64,000 nucleotides of DNA, taken from the human T2T-CHM13v2.0 reference genome, Homo sapiens. The stretch's first letter is position 1. Every line of letters starts with the position of its first letter. Positions 27,401 through 42,100 of the stretch are shown here, piece by piece. Location of the stretch: the NCBI RefSeq assembly GCF_009914755.1, contig NC_060937.1, one strand, 5' to 3'. The translations under genes were made by a program, and so were the position numbers. The notes beneath the pieces are model-generated. The model made no database searches. It had not been told where the DNA came from and saw only the letters and a program-made list of their open reading frames with translations.

Positions 27401-30189
27401 TTAGGTACATAAAATATGAAAATATATCAAATATAGATTATATACTGTACATTAAATAGCAAAGTACCCCAAATATATATTTTATACTGTACATGAAATA
27501 TCAAAGTTCACAAACTATATATTATATACTGTACATGAAATATCAAAGTACCCGAGGTATATATTCTATACTGTACAAAAAATAACAAAGTACCAAAAGC
27601 ACGTATTATATACTGTACCTAAAATATGAAATTACATCAAATATATATGTTATTCTGTACATAAAATATCAAAGTACACCAGATATATATTCTATAGTGT
27701 ACATAAAATATCAAAGTACGCAAACTATACATTATATACTGTACATAAAATATGAAATTACATCAAATATATATTAGGTACATAAAATATGAAAGTACAT
27801 CAAATATAGATTATATACTGTACATAAAATATCAAAGTACCCCAAATATATATTATATACTGTACATGAAATATCAAAGTTCACAAACTATATATTATAT
27901 ACTGTACATAAAATATCAAGGTACCCAAAGTATATATTCTATACTGTACAAAAAATATCAAAGTACCCAAAGCATGTATTATATACTGTACATAAAATAT
28001 GAAAGTACATCAAATATATATTTTATTCTGTACATAAAATATCAAGGTACACCAGATATATATTCTATAGTGTACATAAAATAGCAAAGTACACAAACTA
28101 TCCATTATATACTGTACATAAAATATGAAATTACATCAAATATATATTAGGTACATAAAATATGAAAGTACATCAAATATAGATTATATACTGTACATAA
28201 AACATCAATGTACCCCAAATATATATTTTATACTGTACATGAAATATCAAAGTTCACAAACCATATATTATATACTGTACATAAAATATCAAAGTACCCA
28301 AGCTATATATTCTATACTGCACAAAAAATATCAAAGTACCCAAAGCATGTATTATATACTGTATATAAAATATGAAAGTACATCAAATATATATTTTATT
28401 CTGTACATAAAATATCAAAGTACACCAGATATATATTCTATAGAGTACATAAAATATCAAAGTACCCAAACTATACATTATATACTGTACATAAAATATG
28501 AAATTACATCAAATATATATTATATTAGGTACATAAAATATGAAAGTACATCAAATATAGATTACATACTGTACATTAAATACCAAAGTACCCCGAATAT
28601 ATATTTTATACTGTACATGAAATATCAAAGTTCACACACTATATATTATATACTGTACATAAAATATCAAAGTACCCAAGTTATATATTCTATACTGTAC
28701 AAAAAATATCAAAGTACCCAAAGCATGTATTATATACTGTACATAAAATAGGAAAGTACATCAAATATATATTTTATTCTGTACATAATGTATCAAAGTA
28801 CACCAGACATATATTCTATAGAGTACATAAAATATCAAAGTACCCAAACTATACATTATATACTGTACATAAAATATGAAATTACATCAAATATATATTA
28901 TATTAGGTACATAAAATATGAAAGTACATCAAATATAGATTATATACTGTCCATAAAATATCAATGTACCCAAGGTATATATTCTATACTGTACATGAAA
29001 TATCAAAGTTCACAAACTATATATTATATACTGTACATAAAATATCAAAGTACCCAAGGTATATATTGTATACTGTACAAAAGATATCAAAGTACCCAAA
29101 GCATGTATTATATACTGTACATAAAATTTGAAATTACATCAAATATATATTTTATTCTGTACATAAAATATCAAAGTACACCAGATATATGTTCTATAGT
29201 GTACATAAAATATCAAAGTACACCAGATATATATTCTATAGTGTGCATAAAATAACAAAGTACACACACTATAAATTATATACTGTACATAAAATATGAA
29301 ATTACATCAAATATATATTAGGTACATAAAATATGAAAGTACATCAAATATAGATTATATACTGTACATAAAATATCAATGTACCCCAAATATATATTTT
29401 ATACTCTACATGAGATATCAAAGTTCACAAACCATATATAATATACTATACATAAAATATCAAAGTACCCAAGGTATATATTCTATACTGTACAAAAAAT
29501 ATCAAAGTACCCAAAGCATGTATTATATACTGTACATAATATATGAAAGTACATCAATTATATATTTTATTCTGTACATAAAATATCAAAGTACACCATA
29601 TATATATTCTATAGTGTACATAAAATAACAAAGTACCCAAACTATGCATTATATACTGTTCATAAAATATGAAATTACATCAAATATATATTAGGTACAT
29701 AAAATATGAAAGTACATCAAATATAGATTATATACTGTACATAAAATATCAAAGTACCCCAAATATATATTATATACTCTACATGAAATATCAAAGTTCA
29801 CAAACCATATCTTATATACTGTACATAAAATATCAAAGTACCCAAGGTATATATTCTATACTGTACAAAAAATATCAAACTACCCAAAGCATGTATTATA
29901 TACTGTACATAAAATATGAAATTACATCAAATATATATTAGGTACATAAAATATGAAAGTACATCAAATATAGATTATATACTGTACATAAAATATCAAA
30001 GTACCCCAAATATATACTATATACTGTACATGAAATATCAAAGTTCACAAACTATATATTATATACTGTACATAAGATATCAAAGTACCCAAGTTATATA
30101 TTCTATACTGTACAAAAAATATCAAAGTACCCAAAGCATGTATTATATGCTGTACATAAAATATGAAAGTACATCAAATATATATTTTA

Positions 30190-33100
30190 TTCTGTACATA
30201 AATTATCAAAGTACACCAAATATATATTCTATAGTGTACATAAAATATCAAAGTACCCAAACTATGCATTATATACTGTACATAAAATATGAAATTACAT
30301 CAAATATATATTAGGTATATAAAATTTGAAAGTACATCAAATATAGATTATATACTGTATATATAATACCAATGTACCCAAATATATATTTTATACTCTA
30401 CTTGAAATATCAAAGTTCACAAACCATATATTATATACTGTACATAAAATATCAAAGTACCCAAGGTATATATTCTATACTGTACAAAAAATATCAAAGT
30501 ACCCAAAGCATGTATTATATACTGTACATAAAATATGAAAGTATATCAAATATATATTTTATTCTGTACATAAAATACCAAAGTACACCAGATATATATT
30601 CTATAGTGTACATAAAATAACAAAGTACACAAACTATAAATTATATACTGTACATAAAATATGAAATTACATCAAATATATATTAGGTACATAAAATATG
30701 AAAGTACATCAAATATAGATTATACACTGTACATAAAATATCAATGTACCCCAAATATATATTTTATACTCTACATGAAATATCAAAGTTCACACACCAT
30801 ATATTATATACTATACATAAAATATCAAAGTACCCAAGGTATATATTCTATACTGTACAAAAAATATCAAAGTACCCAAAGCATGTATTATATACTGTAC
30901 ATAAAATATGAAAGTACATCAATTATATATTTTATTCTGTACATAAAATATCAAAGTACACCAGATATATATACTATAGTGTACATAAAATATCAAAGTA
31001 CCCAAACTATGCATTACATACTGTACATAAAATGTGAAATTACATCAAATATATATTAGGTACATAAAATATGAAAGTACATCAAATATAGATTATATAC
31101 TGTACATAAAATATCAAAGTAACCCAAATATATTTTATATACTCTACATGAAATACCAAAGTTCACACACTATATATTATATACTGTACATAAAATATCA
31201 AAGTACCCAAGGTATATATTCTATACTGTACAAAAAATATCAAAGAACCCAAACCATGTATTATATACTGTACATAAAATATGAAATTACATCAAATATA
31301 TATTTTATTCTGTACATAAAATATCAAAGTACACGAGATATATATTCTATAGTGTACATAAAATAACAAAGTACACAAACTATACATTATATACTGTACA
31401 TAAAATATGAAATTACATCAAATATATATTAGGTACATAAAATATGAAAGTACATCAAATATAGATTATATACTGTACATAAAATATCAATGTACCCCAA
31501 ATATATATTTTATACTCTACATGAAATATCAAAGTTCACAAACCATATATTATATACTGTACATAATAAATCAAAGTACCCAAGGTATATATTCTATACT
31601 GTACAAAAAATATCAAAGTACCCAAAGCATGTATTATATACTGTACATAAAATATGAAAGTATATCAAATATGTATTTTATTCTGTACATAGAATATCAA
31701 AGTACACCAGATATATATTCTATAGTGTACATAAAATAACAAAGTACACAAACTATACATTATATACTGTACATAAAATATGAAATAACATCAAATATAT
31801 ATTAGGTACATAAAATATGAAAGTACATCAAATATAGGTTATATACTGTACATAAAATATCAATGTACCCCAAATATATATTTTATACTCTACTTGAAAT
31901 ATCAGAGTTCACAAACCATATATTATATACTGTACATAAAATATCAAAGTAGCCAAGGTATATATTCTATATTGTACAAAAAATATCAAAGTACCCAAGC
32001 ATGTATTATATACTGTATATAAAATATGAAAGTACATCAAATATATATTTTATTCTGTACGTAAAATATCAAAGTACACCAGATATATATTCTATAGTGT
32101 ACATAAAATAACAAAGTACACAAACTATAAATTATATGCTGTACATAAAATATGAAATTACATCAAATATATATTAGGTACATAAAATATGAAAGTACAT
32201 CAAATATAGATTATATACTGTACAAAAAATATCAATGTACCCCAAATGTATATTTTATACTCTACATGAAATATCAAAGTTCACAAACCATATATTATAT
32301 ACTGTACATAAAATATCAAAGTACAAAAGGTATATATTCTATACTGTAGAAAAAATAAAGTACTCATAGCATGTATTATATACTGTACATAAAATATGAA
32401 AGTACATCAAATATATATTTTATTCTGTACATAAAATATCAAAGTACACCAGATATATATTCTATAGTGTACATAAAATATCAAAGTACCCAAACTACAA
32501 ATTATATACTTTACATAAAATATGAAATTACATCAAATATATATTAGGTACGTAAAATATGAATGTACATCAAATATAGATTATATACTGTACATAAAAT
32601 ATCAAAGTACCCCAAATATATATTATATACTGTACATGAAATATCAAACTTCACAAACTATATATTATATACTGTACATAAAATATCAAAGTACCCAAGG
32701 TATATATTCTATACTGTACAAAAAATATCAAAGTACCCAAAGCATGTATTATATACTGCATATAAAATATGAAAGTACATCAAATATATATTTTATTCTG
32801 TACATAAAATATCAAAGTACACCAGATATATATTCTGTAGTGTACATAAAATATCAAAGTACACAAACTATACATTATATACTGTACATGAAATATGAAA
32901 TTTCATCAAATATATATTAGGTACATAAAATATGAAAGTACATCAAATATAGATTATATACTGTACATAAAATATCAAAGTACCCCAAATATATATTATA
33001 TACTCTACATGAAATATCAAAGTTCACAAACTATATATTATATACTGTACATAAAATATCAAAGTACCCAAGGTATATATTCTATATTGTACAAAAAATA

Positions 33101-36100
33101 TCAAAGTACCCAAACATCTATTATATACTGTATATAAAATATGAAAGTACATTAAATATATATTTTATTCTGTACATAAAATATCAAAGTACTCCAGATA
33201 TATATTCTATAGTGTACATAAAATATCAAAGTACCCAAACTATATATTATATACTGTGCATAAAATATGAAATTACATCAAATATATATTAGGTACATAA
33301 AATATGAAAGTACATCAAACATAGATTATATACTGTACATAAAATATCAAAGTACCCGAAATATATATTATATACTGTACATGAAATATCAAAGTTCACA
33401 AACTATATATTATATACTGTACATAAAATATCAAAGTACCCAGGGTATATATTCTACACTGTACAAAAAATATCAAAGTACCCAAAGCATGTATTATATA
33501 CTGTACATAAAATATGAAAGTACATCAAATATATATTTTATTCTGTACATAAAATATCAAAGTACACCAGATATATATTCTGTAGTGTACATAAAATATC
33601 AAAGTACACAAACTATACATTATATACTGTACATGAAATATGAAATTTCATCAAATATATATTAGGTACATAAAATATGAAAGTACATCAAATATAGATT
33701 ATATACTGTACATAAAATATCAAAGTACCCCAAATATATATTATATACTCTACATGAAATATTAAAGTTCACAAACTATATATTATATACTGTACATAAA
33801 ATATCAAAGTACCCAAGGTATATATTCTATATTGTACAAAAAATATCAAAGTACCCAAACATCTATTATATACTGTATATAAAATATGAAAGTACATTAA
33901 ATATATATTTTATTCTGTACATAAAATATCAAAGTACTCCAGATATATATTCTATAGTGTACATAAAATATCAAAGTACCCAAACTATATATTATATACT
34001 GTGCATAAAATATGAAATTACATCAAATATATATTAGGTACATAAAATATGAAAGTACATCAAACATAGATTATATACTGTACATAAAATATCAAAGTAC
34101 CCGAAATATATATTATATACTGTACATGAAATATCAAAGTTCACAAACTATATATTATATACTGTACATAAAATATCAAAGTACCCAGGGTATATATTCT
34201 ACACTGTACAAAAAATATCAAAGTACCCAAAGCATGTATTATATACTGTACATAAAATATGAAAGTACATCAAATATATATTTTATTCTGTACATAAAAT
34301 ATCAAAGTACACCAGATATATATTCTATAGTGTACATAAAATAACAAAGTACACAAACTATAAATTATATACTGTACATAAAATATGAAATGACATCAAA
34401 TATATATTAGGTACATAAAATATGAAAGTACATCAAACATAGATTATATACGGTACATAAAATATCAATGTACCCCAAATATATATTATAAACTCTACAT
34501 GAAATATCAAAGTTCACAAACCATATATTATATACTGTACATAAAATATCAAAGTAGCCAAGGTATATATTCTATATTGTACAAAAAATATCAAAGTACC
34601 GATAGCATGTATTATATACTGTACATAAAATATGAAAGTACATCAAATATATATTTTATTCTGTACATAAAATATCAAAGTACACCAGATATATATTCTA
34701 TAGGGTACATAAAATATCAAAGTACCCAAACAATAAATTATATACTTTACATAAAATATGAAATTACATCAAATATATATTAGGTACATAAAATATGAAA
34801 GTACATCAAATATAGATTATATACTGTACATAAAATATCAATGTACCCCAAATTTATATTTTATACTCTACATGAAATATCAAAGTTCACAAACCATATA
34901 TTATATACTGTACATAAAATATCAAAGTACCCAAGGTATATATTCTATTCTGTACAAAAAGTATCAAAGTACCCAAAGCATGTAATATATACTGTACATA
35001 AAATATGAAAGTACATCAAATATATATTTTATTCTGTACATAAAATATCAAAGTACACCAGATATATATTCTATAGTGTACATAAAATATCAAAGTACCC
35101 AAACTATACATTATATACTGTACATAAAATATGAAATTTCATCAAATATATATTAGGTACATAAAATATGAAAGTACATCAAATATAGATTATATACTGT
35201 ACATAAAATATCAAAGTACCCCAAATATATATTATATACTGTACATGAAATATCAAAGTTCACAAAGTATATATTATATACTGTACATAAAATATCAAAG
35301 TACCCAAGGTATATATTCTATCCTGTACAAAAAATATCAAAGTACCCAAGCATGTATTATATACTGTATATAAAATATGAAAGTACATCAAATATATATT
35401 TTATTCTGTACATAAAATATCAAAGTACACCAGATATATATTCTATAGTGTACATAAAATAACAAAGTACACAAACTATAAATTATATGCTGTACATAAA
35501 ATATGAAATTACATCAAATATATATTAGGTACATAAAATATGAAAGTACATCAAATATAGATTATATACTGTACAAAAAATATCAATGTACCCCAAATAT
35601 ATATTTTATACTCTACATGAAATATCAAAGTTCACAAACCATATATTATATACTGTACATAAAATATCAAAGTACAAAAGGTATATATTCTATACTGTAG
35701 AAAAAATAACAAAGTACCCATAGCATGTATTATATACTGTACATAAAATATGAAAGTACATCAAATATATATTTTATTCTGTACATAAAATATCAAAGTA
35801 CACCAGATATATATTCTATAGTGTACATAAAATATCAAAGTACCCAAACTACAAATTATATACTTTACATAAAATATGAAATTACATCAAATATATATTA
35901 GGTACGTAAAATATGAATGTACATCAAATATAGATTATATACTGTACATAAAATATCAAAGTACCCCAAATATATATTATATACTGTACATGAAATATCA
36001 AACTTCACAAACTATATATTATATACTGTACATAAAATATCAAAGTACCCAAGGTATATATTCTATACTGTACAAAAAATATCAAAGTACCCAAAGCATG

Positions 36101-39100
36101 TATTATATACTCTACATAAAATATGAAAGTACATCAAATATATATTTTATTCTGTACATAAAATATCAAAGTACACCAGATATATATTCTATAGTGTACA
36201 TAAAATATCAAAGTACCCAAACTATACATTATATACTGTACATAAAATATGAAATTACATCAAATATATATTATATTAGGTACATAAAATATGAAAGTAC
36301 ATCAAATATAGATTATATACTGTAAATAAAATATCAAAGTACCCAAATATATATTATATACTCTACATGAAATATCAAAGTTCACACACTATATATTATA
36401 TACTGTACATAAAATATCAAAGTACCCAAGGTATATATTCTATACTGTACAAAAAATATCAAAGTACCCAAAGCATGTATTATATACTGTATATAAAATA
36501 TGAAAGTACATCAAATATATATTTTATTCTGTACATAAAATATCAAAGTACACCAGATATATATTCTATAGTGTACATAAAATAACAAAGTACACAAACT
36601 ATAAATTATATACTGTACATAAAATATGAAATTACATCAAATATATATTAGGTACCTAAAATATGAAAGTACATCAAATATAGATTATATACTGTATATA
36701 AAATATCAATGTTCCCTAAATATATATTTTATACTCGACATGAAATATCAAAGTTCACAAACCATATATTATATACTGTACATAAAATATCAAAGTACCC
36801 AAGGTATATATTCTATACTGTACAAAAAATATCAAAGTACCCAAAGCATGTATTATATACTGTACATAAAATATGAAAGTACATCAAATATATATTTTAT
36901 TCTGTACATAAAACATCTAAGTACACCAGATATATATTCTATAGTGTACATAAAATATCAAAGTACCCAAACTATACATTATATACTGTACATAAAATAT
37001 GAAATTACATCAAATATATATTAAATTAGGTACATAAAATATGAAAGTACATCAAATATAGATTATATACTGTACATTAAATACCCAAGTACCCCAAATA
37101 TATATTTTATACTGTACATGAAATATCAAATTTCACAAACTATATATTATATACTGTACATAAAATATCAAAGTACCCAAGGTATATATTCTATACTGTA
37201 CAAAAAATATCAAAGTACCCAAAGCATGTATTATAAACTGTACATAAAATATGAAAGTACATCAACTATATATTTTATTCTGTACATAAAATATCAAAGT
37301 ACACCAGATATATATTCTATAGTGTACATAAAATATCAAAGTACCCAAACTATACATTATATACTGTACATAAAATATGAAATTACATCAAATATATATT
37401 ATATTAGGTACATAAAATATGAAAGCACATCAAATATAGATTATATACTGTACATAAAATATCAAAGTACCCAAATATATATTATATACTCTACAGGAAA
37501 TATCAAAGTTCACACACTATATATTATACACTGTACATAAAATATCAAAGTACCCTAGGTATATATTCTATACTGTACAAAAAATATCAAAGTACCCAAA
37601 GCATGTATTATATACTGTATGTAAAATATGAAATTACATCAAATATATATTTTATTCTGTACATAAAATATCAAAGTTCACCAGATATATATTCTATAGT
37701 GTACATAAAATAACAAAGTACACAAACTATAAATCATATACTGTACATAAAATATGAAATTACATCAAATATATATTAGGTACATAAAATATGAAAGTAC
37801 ATCAAATATAGATTATATACTGTACATAAAATATCAATGTACCCCAAATATATATTTTATACTCTACATGAAATATCAAAGTTCACAAACCATATATTAT
37901 ATACTGTACATAAAATATCAAAGTACCCAAGGTATATATTCTATACTGTACAAAAAATATCAAAGTACCCAAAGCATGTATTATATACTGTACATAAAAT
38001 ATGAAAGTACATCAATTATATATTTTATTCTGTACATAAATTATCAAAGTAAAACAGATATATATTCTATAGTGTACATAAAATATCAAAGTACCCAAAC
38101 TATGCATTATATACTGTACATAAAATATGAAATTACATCAAATATATATTAGGTATATAAAATATGAAAGTACATCAAATATAGATTATATACTGTATAT
38201 ATAATACCAATGTACCCAAATATATATTTTATACTCTACTTGAAATATCAAAGTTCACAAACCATATATTATATACTGTACATAAAATATCAAAGTACCC
38301 AAGGTATATATTCTATACTGTACAAAAAATATCAAAGTACCCAAAGCATGTATTATATACTGTACATAAAATATGAAAGTATATCAAATATATATTTTAT
38401 TCTGTACATAAAATACCAAAGTACACCAGATATATATTCTATAGTGTACATAAAATAACAAAGTACACAAACTATAAATTATATACTGTACATAAAATAT
38501 GAAATTACATCAAATATATATTAGGTACATAAAATATGAAAGTACATCAAATATAGATTATACACTGTACATAAAATATCAATGTACCCCAAATATATAT
38601 TTTATACTCTACATGAAATATCAAAGTTCACACACCATATATTATATACTATACATAAAATATCAAAGTACCCAAGGTATATATTCTATACTGTACAAAA
38701 AATATCAAAGTACCCAAAGCATGTATTATATACTGTACATAAAATATGAAAGTACATCAATTATATATTTTATTCTGTACATAAAATATCAAACTACACC
38801 AGATATATATACTATAGTGTACATAAAATATCAAAGTACCCAAACTATGCATTACATACTGTACATAAAATGTGAAATTACATCAAATATATATTAGGTA
38901 CATAAAATATGAAAGTACATCAAATATAGATTATATACTGTACATAAAATATCAAAGTAACCCAAATATATTTTATATACTCTACATGAAATACCAAAGT
39001 TCACACACTATATATTATATACTGTACATAAAATATCAAAGTACCCAAGGTATATATTCTATACTGTACAAAAAATATCAAAGAACCCAAACCATGTATT

Positions 39101-42100
39101 ATATACTGTACATAAAATATGAAATTACATCAAATATATATTTTATTCTGTACATAAAATATCAAAGTACACGAGATATATATTCTATAGTGTACATAAA
39201 ATAACAAAGTACACAAACTATACATTATATACTGTACATAAAATATGAAATTACATCAAATATATATTAGGTACATAAAATATGAAAGTACATCAAATAT
39301 AGATTATATACTGTACATAAAATATCAATGTACCCCAAATATATATTTTATACTCTACATGAAATAGCAAAGTTCACAAACCATATATTATATACTGTAC
39401 ATAATAAATCAAAGTACCCAAGGTATATATTCTATACTGTACAAAAAATATCAAAGTACCCAAAGCATGTATTATATACTGTACATAAAATATGAAAGTA
39501 TATCAAATATGTATTTTATTCTGTACATAGAATATCAAAGTACACCAGATATATATTCTATAGTGTACATAAAATAACAAAGTACACAAACTATACATTA
39601 TATACTGTACATAAAATATGAAATAACATCAAATATATATTAGGTACATAAAATATGAAAGTACATCAAATATAGGTTATATACTGTACATAAAATATCA
39701 ATGTACCCCAAATATATATTTTATACTCTACTTGAAATATCAGAGTTCACAAACCATATATTATATACTGTACATAAAATATCAAAGTAGCCAAGGTATA
39801 TATTCTATATTGTACAAAAAATATCAAAGTACCCAAGCATGTATTATATACTGTATATAAAATATGAAAGTACATCAAATATATATTTTATTCTGTACGT
39901 AAAATATCAAAGTACACCAGATATATATTCTATAGTGTACATAAAATAACAAAGTACACAAACTATAAATTATATGCTGTACATAAAATATGAAATTACA
40001 TCAAATATATATTAGGTACATAAAATATGAAAGTACATCAAATATAGATTATATACTGTACAAAAAATATCAATGTACCCCAAATGTATATTTTATACTC
40101 TACATGAAATATCAAAGTTCACAAACCATATATTATATACTGTACATAAAATATCAAAGTACAAAAGGTATATATTCTATACTGTAGAAAAAATAAAGTA
40201 CCCATAGCATGTATTATATACTGTACATAAAATATGAAAGTACATCAAATATATATTTTATTCTGTACATAAAATATCAAAGTACACCAGATATATATTC
40301 TATAGTGTACATAAAATATCAAAGTACCCAAACTACAAATTATATACTTTACATAAAATATGAAATTACATCAAATATATATTAGGTACGTAAAATATGA
40401 ATGTACATCAAATATAGATTATATACTGTACATAAAATATCAAAGTACCCCAAATATATATTATATACTGTACATGAAATATCAAACTTCACAAACTATA
40501 TATTATATACTGTACATAAAATATCAAAGTACCCAAGGTATATATTCTATACTGTACAAAAAATATCAAAGTACCCAAAGCATGTATTATATACTGCATA
40601 TAAAATATGAAAGTACATCAAATATATATTTTATTCTGTACATAAAATATCAAAGTACACCAGATATATATTCTGTAGTGTACATAAAATATCAAAGTAC
40701 ACAAACTATACATTATATACTGTACATGAAATATGAAATTTCATCAAATATATATTAGGTACATAAAATATGAAAGTACATCAAATATAGATTATATACT
40801 GTACATAAAATATCAAAGTACCCCAAATATATATTATATACTCTACATGAAATATCAAAGTTCACAAACTATATATTATATACTGTACATAAAATATCAA
40901 AGTACCCAAGGTATATATTCTATATTGTACAAAAAATATCAAAGTACCCAAACATCTATTATATACTGTATATAAAATATGAAAGTACATCAAATATATA
41001 TTTTATTCTGTACATAAAATATCAAAGTACTCCAGATATATATTCTATAGTGTACATAAAATATCAAAGTACCCAAACTATATATTATATACTGTGCATA
41101 AAATATGAAATTACATCAAATATATATTAGGTACATAAAATATGAAAGTACATCAAACATAGATTATATACTGTACATAAAATATCAAAGTACCCGAAAT
41201 ATATATTATATACTGTACATGAAATATCAAAGTTCACAAACTATATATTATATACTGTACATAAAATATCAAAGTACCCAGGGTATATATTCTACACTGT
41301 ACAAAAAATATCAAAGTACCCAAAGCATGTATTATATACTGTACATAAAATATGAAAGTACATCAAATATATATTTTATTCTGTACATAAAATATCAAAG
41401 TACACCAGATATATATTCTATAGTGTACATAAAATAACAAAGTACACAAACTATAAATTATATACTGTACATAAAATATGAAATGACATCAAATATATAT
41501 TAGGTACATAAAATATGAAAGTACATCAAACATAGATTATATACGGTACATAAAATATCAATGTACCCCAAATATATATTATAAACTCTACATGAAATAT
41601 CAAAGTTCACAAACCATATATTATATACTGTACATAAAATATCAAAGTAGCCAAGGTATATATTCTATATTGTACAAAAAATATCAAAGTACCGATAGCA
41701 TGTATTATATACTGTACATAAAATATGAAAGTACATCAAATATATATTTTATTCTGTACATAAAATATCAAAGTACACCAGATATATATTCTATAGGGTA
41801 CATAAAATATCAAAGTACCCAAACAATAAATTATATACTTTACATAAAATATGAAATTACATCAAATATATATTAGGTACATAAAATATGAAAGTACATC
41901 AAATATAGATTATATACTGTACATAAAATATCAATGTACCCCAAATTTATATTTTATACTCTACATGAAATATCAAAGTTCACAAACCATATATTATATA
42001 CTGTACATAAAATATCAAAGTACCCAAGGTATATATTCTATTCTGTACAAAAAGTATCAAAGTACCCAAAGCATGTAATATATACTGTACATAAAATATG

